Source: Bacillota bacterium
GTDB lineage: Bacteria; Bacillota; Clostridia; Christensenellales; CAG-917
Assembly (NCBI GenBank): GCA_028724485.1
Contig: JAQYCY010000068.1
Span: forward strand, 1-35,708
Length of the DNA: 35,708 nucleotides
Direction of reading: 5' to 3'
Shown here: piece by piece, positions 8,579-18,434 of the stretch
Layout of the letters: each line of letters begins with the position of its first letter
How positions within the stretch are numbered: the stretch's first letter is position 1
The notes under the pieces: generated by a model
Database searches by the model: none
The model's input: only the letters and a program-made list of their open reading frames with translations
What the model was told of the DNA's origin: nothing
Position numbers and translations under genes: made by a program

Positions 8579-9280
8579 ATGCAATATTCACACGAAGTAG
8601 AAAAAATGGCTTGTGTTGCAAAAGGACCTAATCATGGTCCTGCACCTATTCCTGAAGAAGCAAAATGGGTTCAAGCCAAAGAAATTAAAGACATCAGCGG
8701 TTTGACGCACGGTGTCGGCTGGTGCGCTCCTCAACAAGGCGCATGCAAACTTACTCTTAACGTCAAAGACGGCGTTATTCAAGAAGCTCTTGTCGAAACC
8801 ATCGGTTGTAGCGGTATGACTCACTCGGCGGCTATGGCGGCAGAAATCTTGACGGGTAAGACCATTTTGGAAGCATTGAACACCGACTTGGTTTGCGACG
8901 CAATCAACACTGCTATGCGTGAACTTTTCCTTCAAATCGTTTACGGAAGGACGCAATCGGCATTCAGCGAAGACGGACTTCCTATCGGCGCAGGACTCGA
9001 AGACCTCGGCAAGGGACTTCGTTCGCAAACGGGAACGATGTACTCGACTGCAAAGAAGGGACCTCGTTATCTTGAAATGGCAGAAGGCTACGTTACGAAA
9101 ATCGCTCTCGACAGCGACGACCAAATCATCGGCTATCAATTTGTCAAACTCGGCGTTTTGATGGAAATGATTAAGAAAGGCGAAGACGCAAACGAAGCAC
9201 TCAAAAAATGCACGGGTACTTACGGCAGATTCAAAGCCGAAGACGGTGCTGTCAAGTTTATTGACCCAAGACAAGAGTAA
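8579..9280 (+). CDS. NifU/IscU N-terminal-like Fe-S scaffold-domain protein (function unassigned)
   Basis: The core CAPQQGACKLTLNVKDGVIQEALVETIGCSGMTHSAAMAAEILTGKTILEAL follows the IscU Cys pattern. The start is chosen at ATG 8579 because GGAGGA (8569-8574) sits 4 nt upstream; the ORF-track ATG at 8567 has no SD. Confidence 0.65.
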   Translation: MQYSHEVEKMACVAKGPNHGPAPIPEEAKWVQAKEIKDISGLTHGVGWCAPQQGACKLTLNVKDGVIQEALVETIGCSGMTHSAAMAAEILTGKTILEALNTDLVCDAINTAMRELFLQIVYGRTQSAFSEDGLPIGAGLEDLGKGLRSQTGTMYSTAKKGPRYLEMAEGYVTKIALDSDDQIIGYQFVKLGVLMEMIKKGEDANEALKKCTGTYGRFKAEDGAVKFIDPRQE

Positions 9281-9291
9281 GGAGGCAAACC

Positions 9292-10296
9292 ATGAGCGTT
9301 ACATTTGAAAGTTTTGAAAGAAGAATCGATAAAATCAAAGTCGCATTGAAAAAATACGGCATTAAAGACCTTGAAGACGCAAGACAAATTTGCCTTGACA
9401 AGGGTGTTGACTGCGAAGCAATCGTAAAGGGCGTTCAACCTATTTGCTTCGACAACGCAGTTTGGGCATACACCGTAGGCTGCGCAATCGCAATCAAAAA
9501 GGGTTGCAAAAAGGCTGACGAAGCGGCAGAAGCTATCGGCGAAGGACTTCAAAGTTTCTGCATCCCAGGTTCGGTTGCAGAACAAAGACAAGTAGGTCTC
9601 GGACACGGAAACCTTGCAGCTATGCTTCTTCGTGAAGATACAAAATGCTTTGCATTCCTTGCAGGTCACGAATCGTTTGCTGCGGCAGAAGGCGCAATCG
9701 GTATTGCAAGAACGGCAAACAAAGTCAGAAAGACTCCTCTTAAAGTTATTCTTAACGGTCTCGGCAAAGACGCGGCTTTCATTATCAGCCGTATTAACGG
9801 CTTCACCTACGTCCAAACCAAAATGGACTACTACACGGGCGAAGTTAAAGTCGTTAAAGAAACCGCATACAGCAACGGCGAAAGAGCAAAGGTCAGAGTA
9901 TACGGCTGTGACGACGTAACGGAAGGCGTTGCAATTATGCGCCTTGAAGACGTCGACGTTTCCATCACGGGTAACTCGACCAATCCTACTCGTTTCCAAC
10001 ACCCTGTCGCAGGCACTTACAAAAAGTGGTGCGTTGACAACGGCAAGAAGTATTTCTCGGTCGCATCGGGCGGTGGCACGGGCAGAACTCTTCACCCTGA
10101 TAATATGGCGGCAGGTCCTGCTTCATACGGCATGACCGATACCATGGGCAGAATGCACTCGGACGCTCAATTCGCAGGTAGCTCGTCTGTTCCGGCTCAC
10201 GTCGAAATGATGGGACTTATCGGAATGGGCAACAACCCTATGGTCGGCGCAAGCGTTGCGTGCGCAGTTGCCGTCCAAGAAGGAATGACAAAATAA
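9292..10296 (+). CDS. GGGtGRT family protein (uncharacterised family, Pfam PF14057-like)
   Basis: 334 aa and contains the literal signature SGGGTGRTLHPDN. SD AAGGAGG is present, and the gene starts 11 nt after the upstream gene. Confidence 0.8.
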   Translation: MSVTFESFERRIDKIKVALKKYGIKDLEDARQICLDKGVDCEAIVKGVQPICFDNAVWAYTVGCAIAIKKGCKKADEAAEAIGEGLQSFCIPGSVAEQRQVGLGHGNLAAMLLREDTKCFAFLAGHESFAAAEGAIGIARTANKVRKTPLKVILNGLGKDAAFIISRINGFTYVQTKMDYYTGEVKVVKETAYSNGERAKVRVYGCDDVTEGVAIMRLEDVDVSITGNSTNPTRFQHPVAGTYKKWCVDNGKKYFSVASGGGTGRTLHPDNMAAGPASYGMTDTMGRMHSDAQFAGSSSVPAHVEMMGLIGMGNNPMVGASVACAVAVQEGMTK

Positions 10297-10360
10297 ACCT
10301 TAAAACTGTTTGGCAATAAATTAAGGTTGAGTTTTAACGTAGAGTTAAAACAAAACGAAA

Positions 10361-10391
10361 ATAAAGCTGCAAATGCGGCTTTATTTTTTTT
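10361..10391 (+). terminator. Rho-independent terminator after the GGGtGRT gene
   Basis: AAAGCTGC (10363-10370), loop AAAT, GCGGCTTT (10375-10382, one G-U pair), then a T-run. Confidence 0.75.
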
Positions 10392-10709
10392 ATGCGGTTT
10401 TATTTTTTATCAAAGAATAAAGGATAGTTTTAAAAACGCTATCTATTATAAATAAATCGAGTATAGTTTTTTTAATTTATCTATTAAGAATGTAATTGTT
10501 AAAATTTAGTTTTTTAGTTTCAGCCGCCATAGTTCAAACTGTTATAATTAAAACAGTAATAAGGCTTAATAGTTATTGGTTTTAAACGTCACCGATTTTA
10601 GTTCTCTTAGTTTTAACCTTTAACGGATCGATTGTTGTAATAAGGCAACAAAAAATTGAAATGTTTTTAAAATAATCGACGATTTACTCTTTTTTTTTGG
10701 CTTAAATTG

Positions 10710-10718
10710 TGTTACAAT
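10710..10718 (+). promoter_or_regulatory. Candidate extended -10 element (TGtTACAAT) for the topoisomerase operon
   Basis: TGTTACAAT lies 29 nt upstream of the ATG at 10747, with SD AAGAGG at 10735-10740. No convincing -35 was found. Confidence 0.4.
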
Positions 10719-10746
10719 TATAAAGATTATTGTAAAGAGGAAAAAA

Positions 10747-12687
10747 ATGTCAGGAATCAATTATTCAGCAGAAGATATTCACATTTTAGAAGGGCTTGAA
10801 GCCGTTCGTAAGCGTCCCGGTATGTATATCGGTACGACGGGAAACAAAGGACTTCACCACATATTGTGGGAAATTATCGATAACGGCGTAGACGAAGTGG
10901 CAAACGGTTACGGTGATACGGTCACGGTTGAACTTTTGGAGGGAAACGTTGCAAGAGTCTCGGACAACGGACGCGGCGTTCCGGTCGATAAGCACCCGAA
11001 ACTTAAAATCAGTGGCGTCGAAGTCGTATTTACTCAGCTTCACGCAGGCGCGAAGTTCGACAACGACAGCTATAACTTTTCCGGCGGTCTTCACGGCGTC
11101 GGTGCGTCGGTTACGAACGCATTGTCCGAATGGCTCAACGTCGAGGTAAAGCGCAACGGAAGTTTGTATCGTGTTGAATTTTGGTCGCCTGAAATAGACG
11201 GACAAGTAAAGAGCGGTGTTACGAAATCTCCGCTTACCGTTATCGGAGAAGCGACTGAAACGGGAACGACCGTCACGTTTAAACCCGATTCAAGAGTGTT
11301 TGGCGACGAAAAATTCAGCTGGAACACAATTTCGTCAAGGCTTAGAGAAACCGCATATTTAAACAAAGGCATAAGACTTATTCTGACAGATAGAAGAAAA
11401 GAAGAAGTAAGGGAGGAAGTCTATCATTTCGAAGGCGGCTTGGCAGACTACGTCACCTATCTCAACGAAGGACGTGGGGTAGTTTACGAAAAGCCGATTT
11501 ACGTCGAAGCGAAAGCCGACAAATTTGAAGTAATTGCCGCAGTTCAGCACGGCGACAACTACAACGAAAGCGTTTATTCGTACGTCAACAACATTCCGAC
11601 GGGCGAAGGCGGAACGCACGAAGTAGGCTTTAAAGCGGCATTTACTAAAGTTTTCAACGATTATGCAAGAAAGAGCGGACTTTTAAAAGATAAACAACCA
11701 AACCTATTGGGCGAGGACTTCCGTGAAGGTATGGTTGCCGTTATTGCCGTCCGTATGCAGAACGTTCAATTTGAAGGTCAAACGAAAACGAAGCTCGGCA
11801 ATCCCGAAGTCAGATCTAAGGTCGAAAATATGCTCGGCGAATGTTTTGACAAATGGGCGAACGACCCGAGTAACAAACTTGCCGCCGACGCAATTATCGA
11901 AAAGGCTTTGGGCGCGGCGAAAACGAGAGAAGCCGCAAAAAGAGCAAAAGATATCGCAAGACAAAAAAACAGCCTTAACGGCGCAAACCTTATCGGAAAA
12001 CTTGCAAGCTGTACAGGCAAAAAATACGATAAAAACGAACTTTACATAGTCGAGGGTGATTCCGCAGGCGGCAGCGCAAAACAAGCAAGAGACAGAAGTT
12101 TTCAAGCTATTTTGCCGCTTAGAGGTAAACCTTTAAACGTCGAAAAGTCAAGCCTTGAAAGAATACTCGCAAACGAAGAACTTGCAACGATAATTTCGGC
12201 ACTCGGAACGGGCATCGACGACGAATTCGATATAGACAGCTTAAAATATAACAAAGTCATTATTCTTGCCGATGCCGACCAAGACGGCGCGCACATAAGA
12301 GCTTTGCTTCTTACGTTCTTTTTCAGATATATGCGACCGCTTATAGTTGACGGACACGTTTACGTCGGAATGCCGCCGCTTTATAGATTGCAAAAGAACG
12401 GCGAGTTTAAATATTGCTATGACGAAAAGGCGCTTGAAGAGGGCAGAAAAATTATGGGCAAGGGCGCAATTCTTCAAAGATTTAAAGGTTTGGGCGAAAT
12501 GAACCCCGAACAGCTTTGGGAAACGACTATGAATCCGCAAACGCGCGCTCTCACGAGAGTTACGCTCGAAGACGCGGTTACGGCAGACAAGAGAATTTCC
12601 ATTCTTATGGGCGACGATACGAAAATCAGAAAAAAGTACATCTATGAATTTGCAGACTTCAACAAGTCGGATTCATTTGAAGGATAA
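10747..12687 (+). CDS. parE: Type IIA DNA topoisomerase subunit B (ParE-like; GyrB not excluded)
   Basis: 646 aa with GHKL ATPase and Toprim motifs (LEGLEAVRKRPGMYIG, GLHHILWEIIDNGVDE, LYIVEGDSAGGSAKQ, ILADADQDGAHI). The subunit assignment follows from the partner gene. Confidence 0.75.
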   Translation: MSGINYSAEDIHILEGLEAVRKRPGMYIGTTGNKGLHHILWEIIDNGVDEVANGYGDTVTVELLEGNVARVSDNGRGVPVDKHPKLKISGVEVVFTQLHAGAKFDNDSYNFSGGLHGVGASVTNALSEWLNVEVKRNGSLYRVEFWSPEIDGQVKSGVTKSPLTVIGEATETGTTVTFKPDSRVFGDEKFSWNTISSRLRETAYLNKGIRLILTDRRKEEVREEVYHFEGGLADYVTYLNEGRGVVYEKPIYVEAKADKFEVIAAVQHGDNYNESVYSYVNNIPTGEGGTHEVGFKAAFTKVFNDYARKSGLLKDKQPNLLGEDFREGMVAVIAVRMQNVQFEGQTKTKLGNPEVRSKVENMLGECFDKWANDPSNKLAADAIIEKALGAAKTREAAKRAKDIARQKNSLNGANLIGKLASCTGKKYDKNELYIVEGDSAGGSAKQARDRSFQAILPLRGKPLNVEKSSLERILANEELATIISALGTGIDDEFDIDSLKYNKVIILADADQDGAHIRALLLTFFFRYMRPLIVDGHVYVGMPPLYRLQKNGEFKYCYDEKALEEGRKIMGKGAILQRFKGLGEMNPEQLWETTMNPQTRALTRVTLEDAVTADKRISILMGDDTKIRKKYIYEFADFNKSDSFEG

Positions 12688-12696
12688 GGGATTAAA

Positions 12697-15123
12697 ATGG
12701 CTAAAAACAAGGAAAATATAGTTGAAGACAAGTCGATTCTTTACGACGTGGTTTTTGAAGACGTAATGCATAGTTCGATGCTGCCGTATTCGGAATTCGT
12801 CATTTTGGACAGAGCATTACCTCGTGTCGAAGACGGTCTTAAACCCGTTCAAAGAAGAATACTTTACACTATGTACGAAATGGGCGTCGGCCCGGACAAA
12901 CCGTATAAGAAGTCGGCGAGAATCGTCGGTGACTGTATGGGTAAATATCATCCGCACGGCGACAGCTCGATTTACGGCGCATTGGTCAAAATGGCGCAGG
13001 ACTTTTCTATGCGAGTCAAACTTGTTGACGGACACGGAAACTTCGGCTCTATTGACGGCGATAGCGCCGCCGCTATGCGTTATACCGAAGCGAGAATGAG
13101 TTCGGTTGCTATGGAACTTTTGCGTGATATCGACAAAGACACCGTTCCTAAATGCAAAAACTTTGACGACAGCCTTGACGAGCCTACGATTTTGCCGGGT
13201 AGATTTCCAAATCTTCTTGTAAACGGCGCAAACGGAATTGCGGTCGGACTTGCAACAAATATACCTCCGCACAATTTAGGCGAAGTTATCGACGCCGTTG
13301 TTGCGGTTATCGACAAGCCGTCGATTAAACTTTCCGAACTGCTAAAAATCGTAAAAGGTCCCGATTTTCCTACGGGCGGCTATATAATTCCCATTGACAG
13401 CCTTGAAGATATTTATAGAACAGGTTACGGAAAAATCAAAATTCGCTCGAAAGTGCATATCGAAGAAGAAACAAACGACAAAAAAAATATCGTTATAACC
13501 GAAATTCCATATCAAGTTTCAAAGTCGGAGCTGCTTACCAAAATTGCCGACTTGCGTGAAGCGAACAAAGAAATTTTGTCGGGAATTAGCGATATTGTAG
13601 ACGAGTCGGACAAAAACGGCATAAGAGCGGTTATTAAAACCAAAAAGGACACAAACGTTGATAAGGTCGTTGATTTTCTTTTTAAGAAAACCAATCTTGA
13701 ATGTAACTATACGATGAATATGGTTGCAATAGCAAACGGCAAGCCGGAGCAATTAGGCTTGATTGACTATTTGCATTATTACGTTGCTTATCAACGCGAT
13801 ATAATCAAACGCCGCACTCAATACGAGTTGAAACTTGCAAAAGCGCGAGCCGAAATTGTAAAAGGCCTTCTTATTGCAATTCGCAATATTGACGAAGTTA
13901 TTAAAATAATCAAACAATCGGCGTCCACAACGGCGGCAAAACTTGCTTTAATAGAGCGTTTTAAACTGTCTATGGAGCAGGCAACGGCTATCGTTGAAAT
14001 GCGTCTTAAAAACCTTACGCATTTGGAAGTCGGAAAACTCGAACAAGAACTTCGCGAGCTTGAAGAAAAAATCGCCTATCTCACGTCAATTCTCGAAAGC
14101 AAGAGAAAACAGTTTGAAGTCGTCAAAAACGAACTTTTAGAAATTAAACGCCGCAATAAGTGCCTTAGAAATTCGCTTGTTGTAGAGAAGGGTAAAAAAA
14201 TATCCGTGCCTATTGCCGATATGACGCAACCGGGTTATAAGGAAGGTGTTTTGGTTCTTACGCCGAGCGGCGAAGCAAGATTTATGTCGCTTAGAAGTTT
14301 CAGTTTGGGAGCAAGAGATATAAATACTTGCGACGAAAACGAACTCGTCAAAGAGGCAATGATGGTGAATAACACGGGTAACGTCATAGCCTTTACAAAC
14401 AAAGGCAATTACGTCAAAATCAACCTTGACGATTTACCTGAGAAAAAATGGAAAGACAGCTCCATTCCGTTAAAACGACTTTCAATCGATGCCGAAGACG
14501 GCGAAAAAATCGTTAAGTTTATGTTTTTTGATAAACTTTGCGTCGGCGAATTGCTTTTCTTCACAAAGAAAGGTATGATTAAACGTAGCGATTTGTCCGA
14601 ATACGTTTCGCTCACGAAAGATTATATGCAAGCGGTTGTTTTGACGGACGACGAACTTATAAACGTCGAAATGGTCGAACAAGATAAACATATACTTGCC
14701 GTGACAAAAGAGGGCATGGCACTTGCGTTTAAACTTGACGACGTTCCCGTTCAAGGCAGAAAAGCCGGCGGCGTAAGGGGAATGAAACTTTCTCCTACGG
14801 ACGAAGTAGTATTTATGGGGCAAGCGGACGACGAAGGCGAAATAGTTATCGTCAGTAGCACAGGCTTTGCAAAACGCATAATTTCGTCCACGCTTGAAGC
14901 AGGCAATCGTTATCTTAAAGGCTTTAAGATTGCCGACCTTCCGTCATCGTCGGTCGCAGGCGTAAGTCTTGTAAAAATGCCTTATGACCTTGCGGTTGTA
15001 ACGGAAGACGGAGTTACGGTTGTAAATACCGAAAAAATCAAAATCGACACTCGTACTACAAAAGGTAAGTCGATTGCAAAAGGAAAAATCAAATTTATTT
15101 TAGCGCATAAAACGCAATTATAA
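12697..15123 (+). CDS. parC: Type IIA DNA topoisomerase subunit A (ParC-like; no GyrA box seen)
   Basis: 808 aa with [28 protein letters not shown] and the catalytic [15 protein letters not shown] and HPHGDSS are ParC-like rather than GyrA-like (PVHRR, GDxAVY). There is no Q(R/K)RGG(R/K)G motif in the first C-terminal blade. Confidence 0.7.
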   Translation: MAKNKENIVEDKSILYDVVFEDVMHSSMLPYSEFVILDRALPRVEDGLKPVQRRILYTMYEMGVGPDKPYKKSARIVGDCMGKYHPHGDSSIYGALVKMAQDFSMRVKLVDGHGNFGSIDGDSAAAMRYTEARMSSVAMELLRDIDKDTVPKCKNFDDSLDEPTILPGRFPNLLVNGANGIAVGLATNIPPHNLGEVIDAVVAVIDKPSIKLSELLKIVKGPDFPTGGYIIPIDSLEDIYRTGYGKIKIRSKVHIEEETNDKKNIVITEIPYQVSKSELLTKIADLREANKEILSGISDIVDESDKNGIRAVIKTKKDTNVDKVVDFLFKKTNLECNYTMNMVAIANGKPEQLGLIDYLHYYVAYQRDIIKRRTQYELKLAKARAEIVKGLLIAIRNIDEVIKIIKQSASTTAAKLALIERFKLSMEQATAIVEMRLKNLTHLEVGKLEQELRELEEKIAYLTSILESKRKQFEVVKNELLEIKRRNKCLRNSLVVEKGKKISVPIADMTQPGYKEGVLVLTPSGEARFMSLRSFSLGARDINTCDENELVKEAMMVNNTGNVIAFTNKGNYVKINLDDLPEKKWKDSSIPLKRLSIDAEDGEKIVKFMFFDKLCVGELLFFTKKGMIKRSDLSEYVSLTKDYMQAVVLTDDELINVEMVEQDKHILAVTKEGMALAFKLDDVPVQGRKAGGVRGMKLSPTDEVVFMGQADDEGEIVIVSSTGFAKRIISSTLEAGNRYLKGFKIADLPSSSVAGVSLVKMPYDLAVVTEDGVTVVNTEKIKIDTRTTKGKSIAKGKIKFILAHKTQL

Positions 15124-15135
15124 CAGGAGTTACAT

Positions 15136-16614
15136 ATGAAAAACGGCTTTGACAGCGAAATGTATATGCAAAAGCAAAAAGAGCAAATATTAAAGAGAAT
15201 TTCCCAATTCGGAAAACTTTACCTTGAATTCGGCGGTAAATTGTTTGACGACCTTCACGCCGCAAGAGTTTTGCCCGGATTTGACAAAGCCGCAAAAATA
15301 AAGTTGCTTACGAGCCTTAAAGACGAATCGGAACTTATCATTTGTATTTCGGCAGGCGACATCGAAAGAAATAAAATCAGAGCGGACTACGGCATTACAT
15401 ACGGTACGGAAGTCGCAAGAATGATTGACAACATTTCAAAACTCGGCATAAGCATCAACAGCGTCGTAATCACAATGTTTGAAAATCAACAAGCGGCGAT
15501 TGCTTATAAAAGCAAGCTCGAAAATAGAGGTATCAAAGTTTTCCTTCACAGAAAGACAGAAGGCTATCCGCACGACGTCGACACGATTGTTTCCGATAAC
15601 GGCTATGGCGCAAATCCTTATATTCCGACAACGAAACCGCTTGTCGTCGTTTCCGCGCCGGGACCTGGCAGCGGCAAACTTGCGACTTGTTTAAGCCAAG
15701 TTTATCACGAAAACAAGCGTGGCGTAGGCGCAAGCTATGCGAAGTTCGAAACTTTCCCTATTTGGAATATTCCGCTTTTGCACCCTGTAAACCTTGCGTA
15801 CGAAGCGGCGACAGCCGACCTTCAGGATATAAACAAAGTCGATACTTTCCATTTTGACGCATACGGAAAAATGGCGGTCAATTACAACCGTGATATCGAA
15901 GCGTTTCCTGTTGTTAAGGCAATACTGAACAAAATTTCGCCTGACAGCGACATTTATAAATCGCCGACCGATATGGGCGTAAATATGGCAGGCTACTGCA
16001 TTTACGACGACGAAGCAGTGCAATTTGCCGCTAAGCAAGAAATAATCAGACGTTACCTTAAAGGTTGGGTCGATTTTAAAAACGGACTTGCGGACGAAAA
16101 GACCATTCACAGATTGGAATTTTTGATGTCTAAGCTCTCTTTAAAAGTCGAGGACAGAGCCGTCGTCGTTGCCGCGCGTGAAAAAGAGGAAAAGACGGGC
16201 AAGGGCGCAATGGCAATCGAGCTTCCTGACGGAAGAATGATCAGAGGCAAAGGTTCTGACAATATGTGCGCCGCCGCATCTTGCGTTTTTAATGCCGTTA
16301 AGGTGCTTGCCGATATTCCGAAAAGCGAAAAACTTATTTCGCCTGAGGTTATCGCGCCTATCAATAAACTTAAAAAGAACACGCTCAAAGATAAAGATAA
16401 GGCTTTAAATCTCGAAGAAGCGTTGCTTGCGCTTGCTATCTGCGCATCGAGCGACGAAACCGCTAAAAAGGCGCTCGAACAGCTGAAAAATCTAAACGGT
16501 TGCCAAGCTCACTCGACATTCATTTTGAAAGAAGTCGACGAAGAGGCTTTAAGAAAGCTCGAAATCAACGTTACGAGCGACGCAAAATTCTTGTCTAACG
16601 ATTTGATTCAATAA
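15136..16614 (+). CDS. DUF1846 / UPF0371 family protein (unknown function)
   Basis: 492 aa. Strong family signatures are present: KLYLEFGGKLFDDLHAARVLPGFD, VVSAPGPGSGKLATCLSQ and YAKFETFPIWNIPLLHPVNLAYEAATADL. SD CAGGAG is present, and the gene starts 12 nt after the parC stop. Confidence 0.8.
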   Translation: MKNGFDSEMYMQKQKEQILKRISQFGKLYLEFGGKLFDDLHAARVLPGFDKAAKIKLLTSLKDESELIICISAGDIERNKIRADYGITYGTEVARMIDNISKLGISINSVVITMFENQQAAIAYKSKLENRGIKVFLHRKTEGYPHDVDTIVSDNGYGANPYIPTTKPLVVVSAPGPGSGKLATCLSQVYHENKRGVGASYAKFETFPIWNIPLLHPVNLAYEAATADLQDINKVDTFHFDAYGKMAVNYNRDIEAFPVVKAILNKISPDSDIYKSPTDMGVNMAGYCIYDDEAVQFAAKQEIIRRYLKGWVDFKNGLADEKTIHRLEFLMSKLSLKVEDRAVVVAAREKEEKTGKGAMAIELPDGRMIRGKGSDNMCAAASCVFNAVKVLADIPKSEKLISPEVIAPINKLKKNTLKDKDKALNLEEALLALAICASSDETAKKALEQLKNLNGCQAHSTFILKEVDEEALRKLEINVTSDAKFLSNDLIQ

Positions 16615-16670
16615 TTATTAGCGATACATAAAGCGATTTGCGCTTATGAATATATATATCAGGAGTAAAA

Positions 16671-18434
16671 ATGCAAAGAGCAGACGTACCTAACAAACTG
16701 AAATGGCGTCTTGAAGATATTTTCAAGACAAACGAAGATTGGGAAACGGCTTTTGAAAACTATAAGTCGTCGTATCCGAAACTTGCGGAATTTAAGGGAA
16801 AACTGTCAAACAGCGACACGCTTTTGGAGTTTTTGAATTTGCGTGAATCACTCTCACTCGTGCTTTCAAAACTTTACGTTTATGCAAGAATGAGAAAGGA
16901 CGAAGACACGGCGAACTCTCTCTATCAGGGTATGTCGGACAGAGCGGAGAATTTGGCTGTCGAGTCGAGTTCTTTGACGTCTTTCGTTATGCCCGAACTC
17001 GTTCAAATTTCAGATGAAAATCTTGACAAAATGATTTCGGACGAAAGGTTTAAAGATTACGACGTTTTGCTTAAAGAAGTAAAACGTAACAAAAAGATTA
17101 TATTGTCGGCGGCAGAAGAAAAGATTTTGGCTGACGTCGGCTCGTTCAGCGACGGCGCAAGACAAATTTTTTCGATGTTCGATAATGCCGATATACGCTT
17201 TAAGGACGTAATTTTGCCTGACGGCACGGCTGTTAAAATGTCGCACGGCGTGTATTCTCTTTTGCTTCAAAACGAGAACCAAAACGTCAGAAAAGACGCT
17301 TTCGAAAGTATGTTCGAGGTCTATAAAAACAACGAAAACACACTTGCTCAGATTTATGCGACAAACGTAAAGAAAGATTGGTTTTATGCAAAAACTCGTG
17401 GGTTTAAGTCAAGTCTCGAATATGCAATGTATGGCGAAAACGTGTCAGACGTTGCTTATAAAAACCTTTTAAAGGCAGTCGAAAAAGGGCTTAAACCGCT
17501 TCACGAATACGTTGCTTTAAGAAAGGACGCTTTGAAGGTCGATACGCTCAATATGTACGACCTTTACGTTCCGATTGTCGAAAATCAGGACATAAAACTT
17601 GAATATCCCGATGCTTGTTCGCTTGTAAAAGAAGCGTTGAAGCCGCTCGGTGAAGAATACGGAAAACTTTTAGACAAGGCTTTCGGCGAAGGCTGGATTG
17701 ACGTTTGCGAAACAAAAGGAAAGAGAAGCGGCGCATATTCTTGGGGTACGTACGGCGTTCATCCTTTCGTTTTGCTCAACTATCAGAAGACTTTGCACGA
17801 CGTCTTTACGATAGCGCACGAACTCGGTCACGCTATGCACAGCTATAAATCGAACGAAGCATTGCCGTCGTCTAAGGCGGATTACGAGATATTTGTCGCG
17901 GAAATCGCAAGTACGGTCAACGAAGTGCTTTTAATCAAGCATCTTTTAAAGACGGCAACGGGAGATATGAGGAAGTATTTGCTTTCATACTATCTCGATA
18001 TGTTCAGAACGACGCTGTTCAGACAAACGATGTTTGCTGAGTTTGAAACAGCCGCACATTCGCTTGCCGAAAACGGAGAGCCGATAACTGCCGAAGAATT
18101 GAATTCGATATATTACGGACTTAACAAAAAATACTACGGCGAAGCGGTCAATCACAATAAACTAATAGAAGTAGAATGGGCGAGGATTCCGCATTTTTAC
18201 ACGAGTTTTTACGTTTATAAATATGCGACGGGACTTACGAGCGCAATTTCAATAGTAAAGCATATTTTAAACGGAGAAACGGACGGATATTTCAAATTTT
18301 TGTCGGCAGGCGGAAGTATGCCGCCGCTTGAAATTCTGAAACTTGCCGGCGTCGATATGTACGGAATGAAACCGTTTGACGACGCTATGTCGGAGTTCGA
18401 AGCGATTGTAGAGGAGCTTAAAAAGTGCATTTAA
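16671..18434 (+). CDS. pepF: Oligoendopeptidase F (M3B metallopeptidase)
   Basis: 587 aa with the HELGH zinc motif (IAHELGHAMH) and an N-terminal KWRLEDIF typical of PepF. SD AGGAG is present. Confidence 0.88.
   Translation: MQRADVPNKLKWRLEDIFKTNEDWETAFENYKSSYPKLAEFKGKLSNSDTLLEFLNLRESLSLVLSKLYVYARMRKDEDTANSLYQGMSDRAENLAVESSSLTSFVMPELVQISDENLDKMISDERFKDYDVLLKEVKRNKKIILSAAEEKILADVGSFSDGARQIFSMFDNADIRFKDVILPDGTAVKMSHGVYSLLLQNENQNVRKDAFESMFEVYKNNENTLAQIYATNVKKDWFYAKTRGFKSSLEYAMYGENVSDVAYKNLLKAVEKGLKPLHEYVALRKDALKVDTLNMYDLYVPIVENQDIKLEYPDACSLVKEALKPLGEEYGKLLDKAFGEGWIDVCETKGKRSGAYSWGTYGVHPFVLLNYQKTLHDVFTIAHELGHAMHSYKSNEALPSSKADYEIFVAEIASTVNEVLLIKHLLKTATGDMRKYLLSYYLDMFRTTLFRQTMFAEFETAAHSLAENGEPITAEELNSIYYGLNKKYYGEAVNHNKLIEVEWARIPHFYTSFYVYKYATGLTSAISIVKHILNGETDGYFKFLSAGGSMPPLEILKLAGVDMYGMKPFDDAMSEFEAIVEELKKCI

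Noticed and set aside
8588-10095. Long antisense ORFs (8588-9274 minus, 228 aa; 9220-10095 minus, 291 aa) opposite the NifU-like/GGGtGRT genes
   Set aside because: They are mirror ORFs of strongly codon-biased sense genes. Their translations are Cys/Phe/Arg/Ser-rich with no recognisable motifs and no SD, while the sense-strand products have clear family signatures.
10747-15123. Calling the topoisomerase pair DNA gyrase (gyrB/gyrA)
   Set aside because: The A subunit lacks a GyrA box and has ParC-type signature residues, and the genomic context is not the oriC-proximal gyrBA locus. The pair is kept as ParE/ParC-like with moderate confidence.
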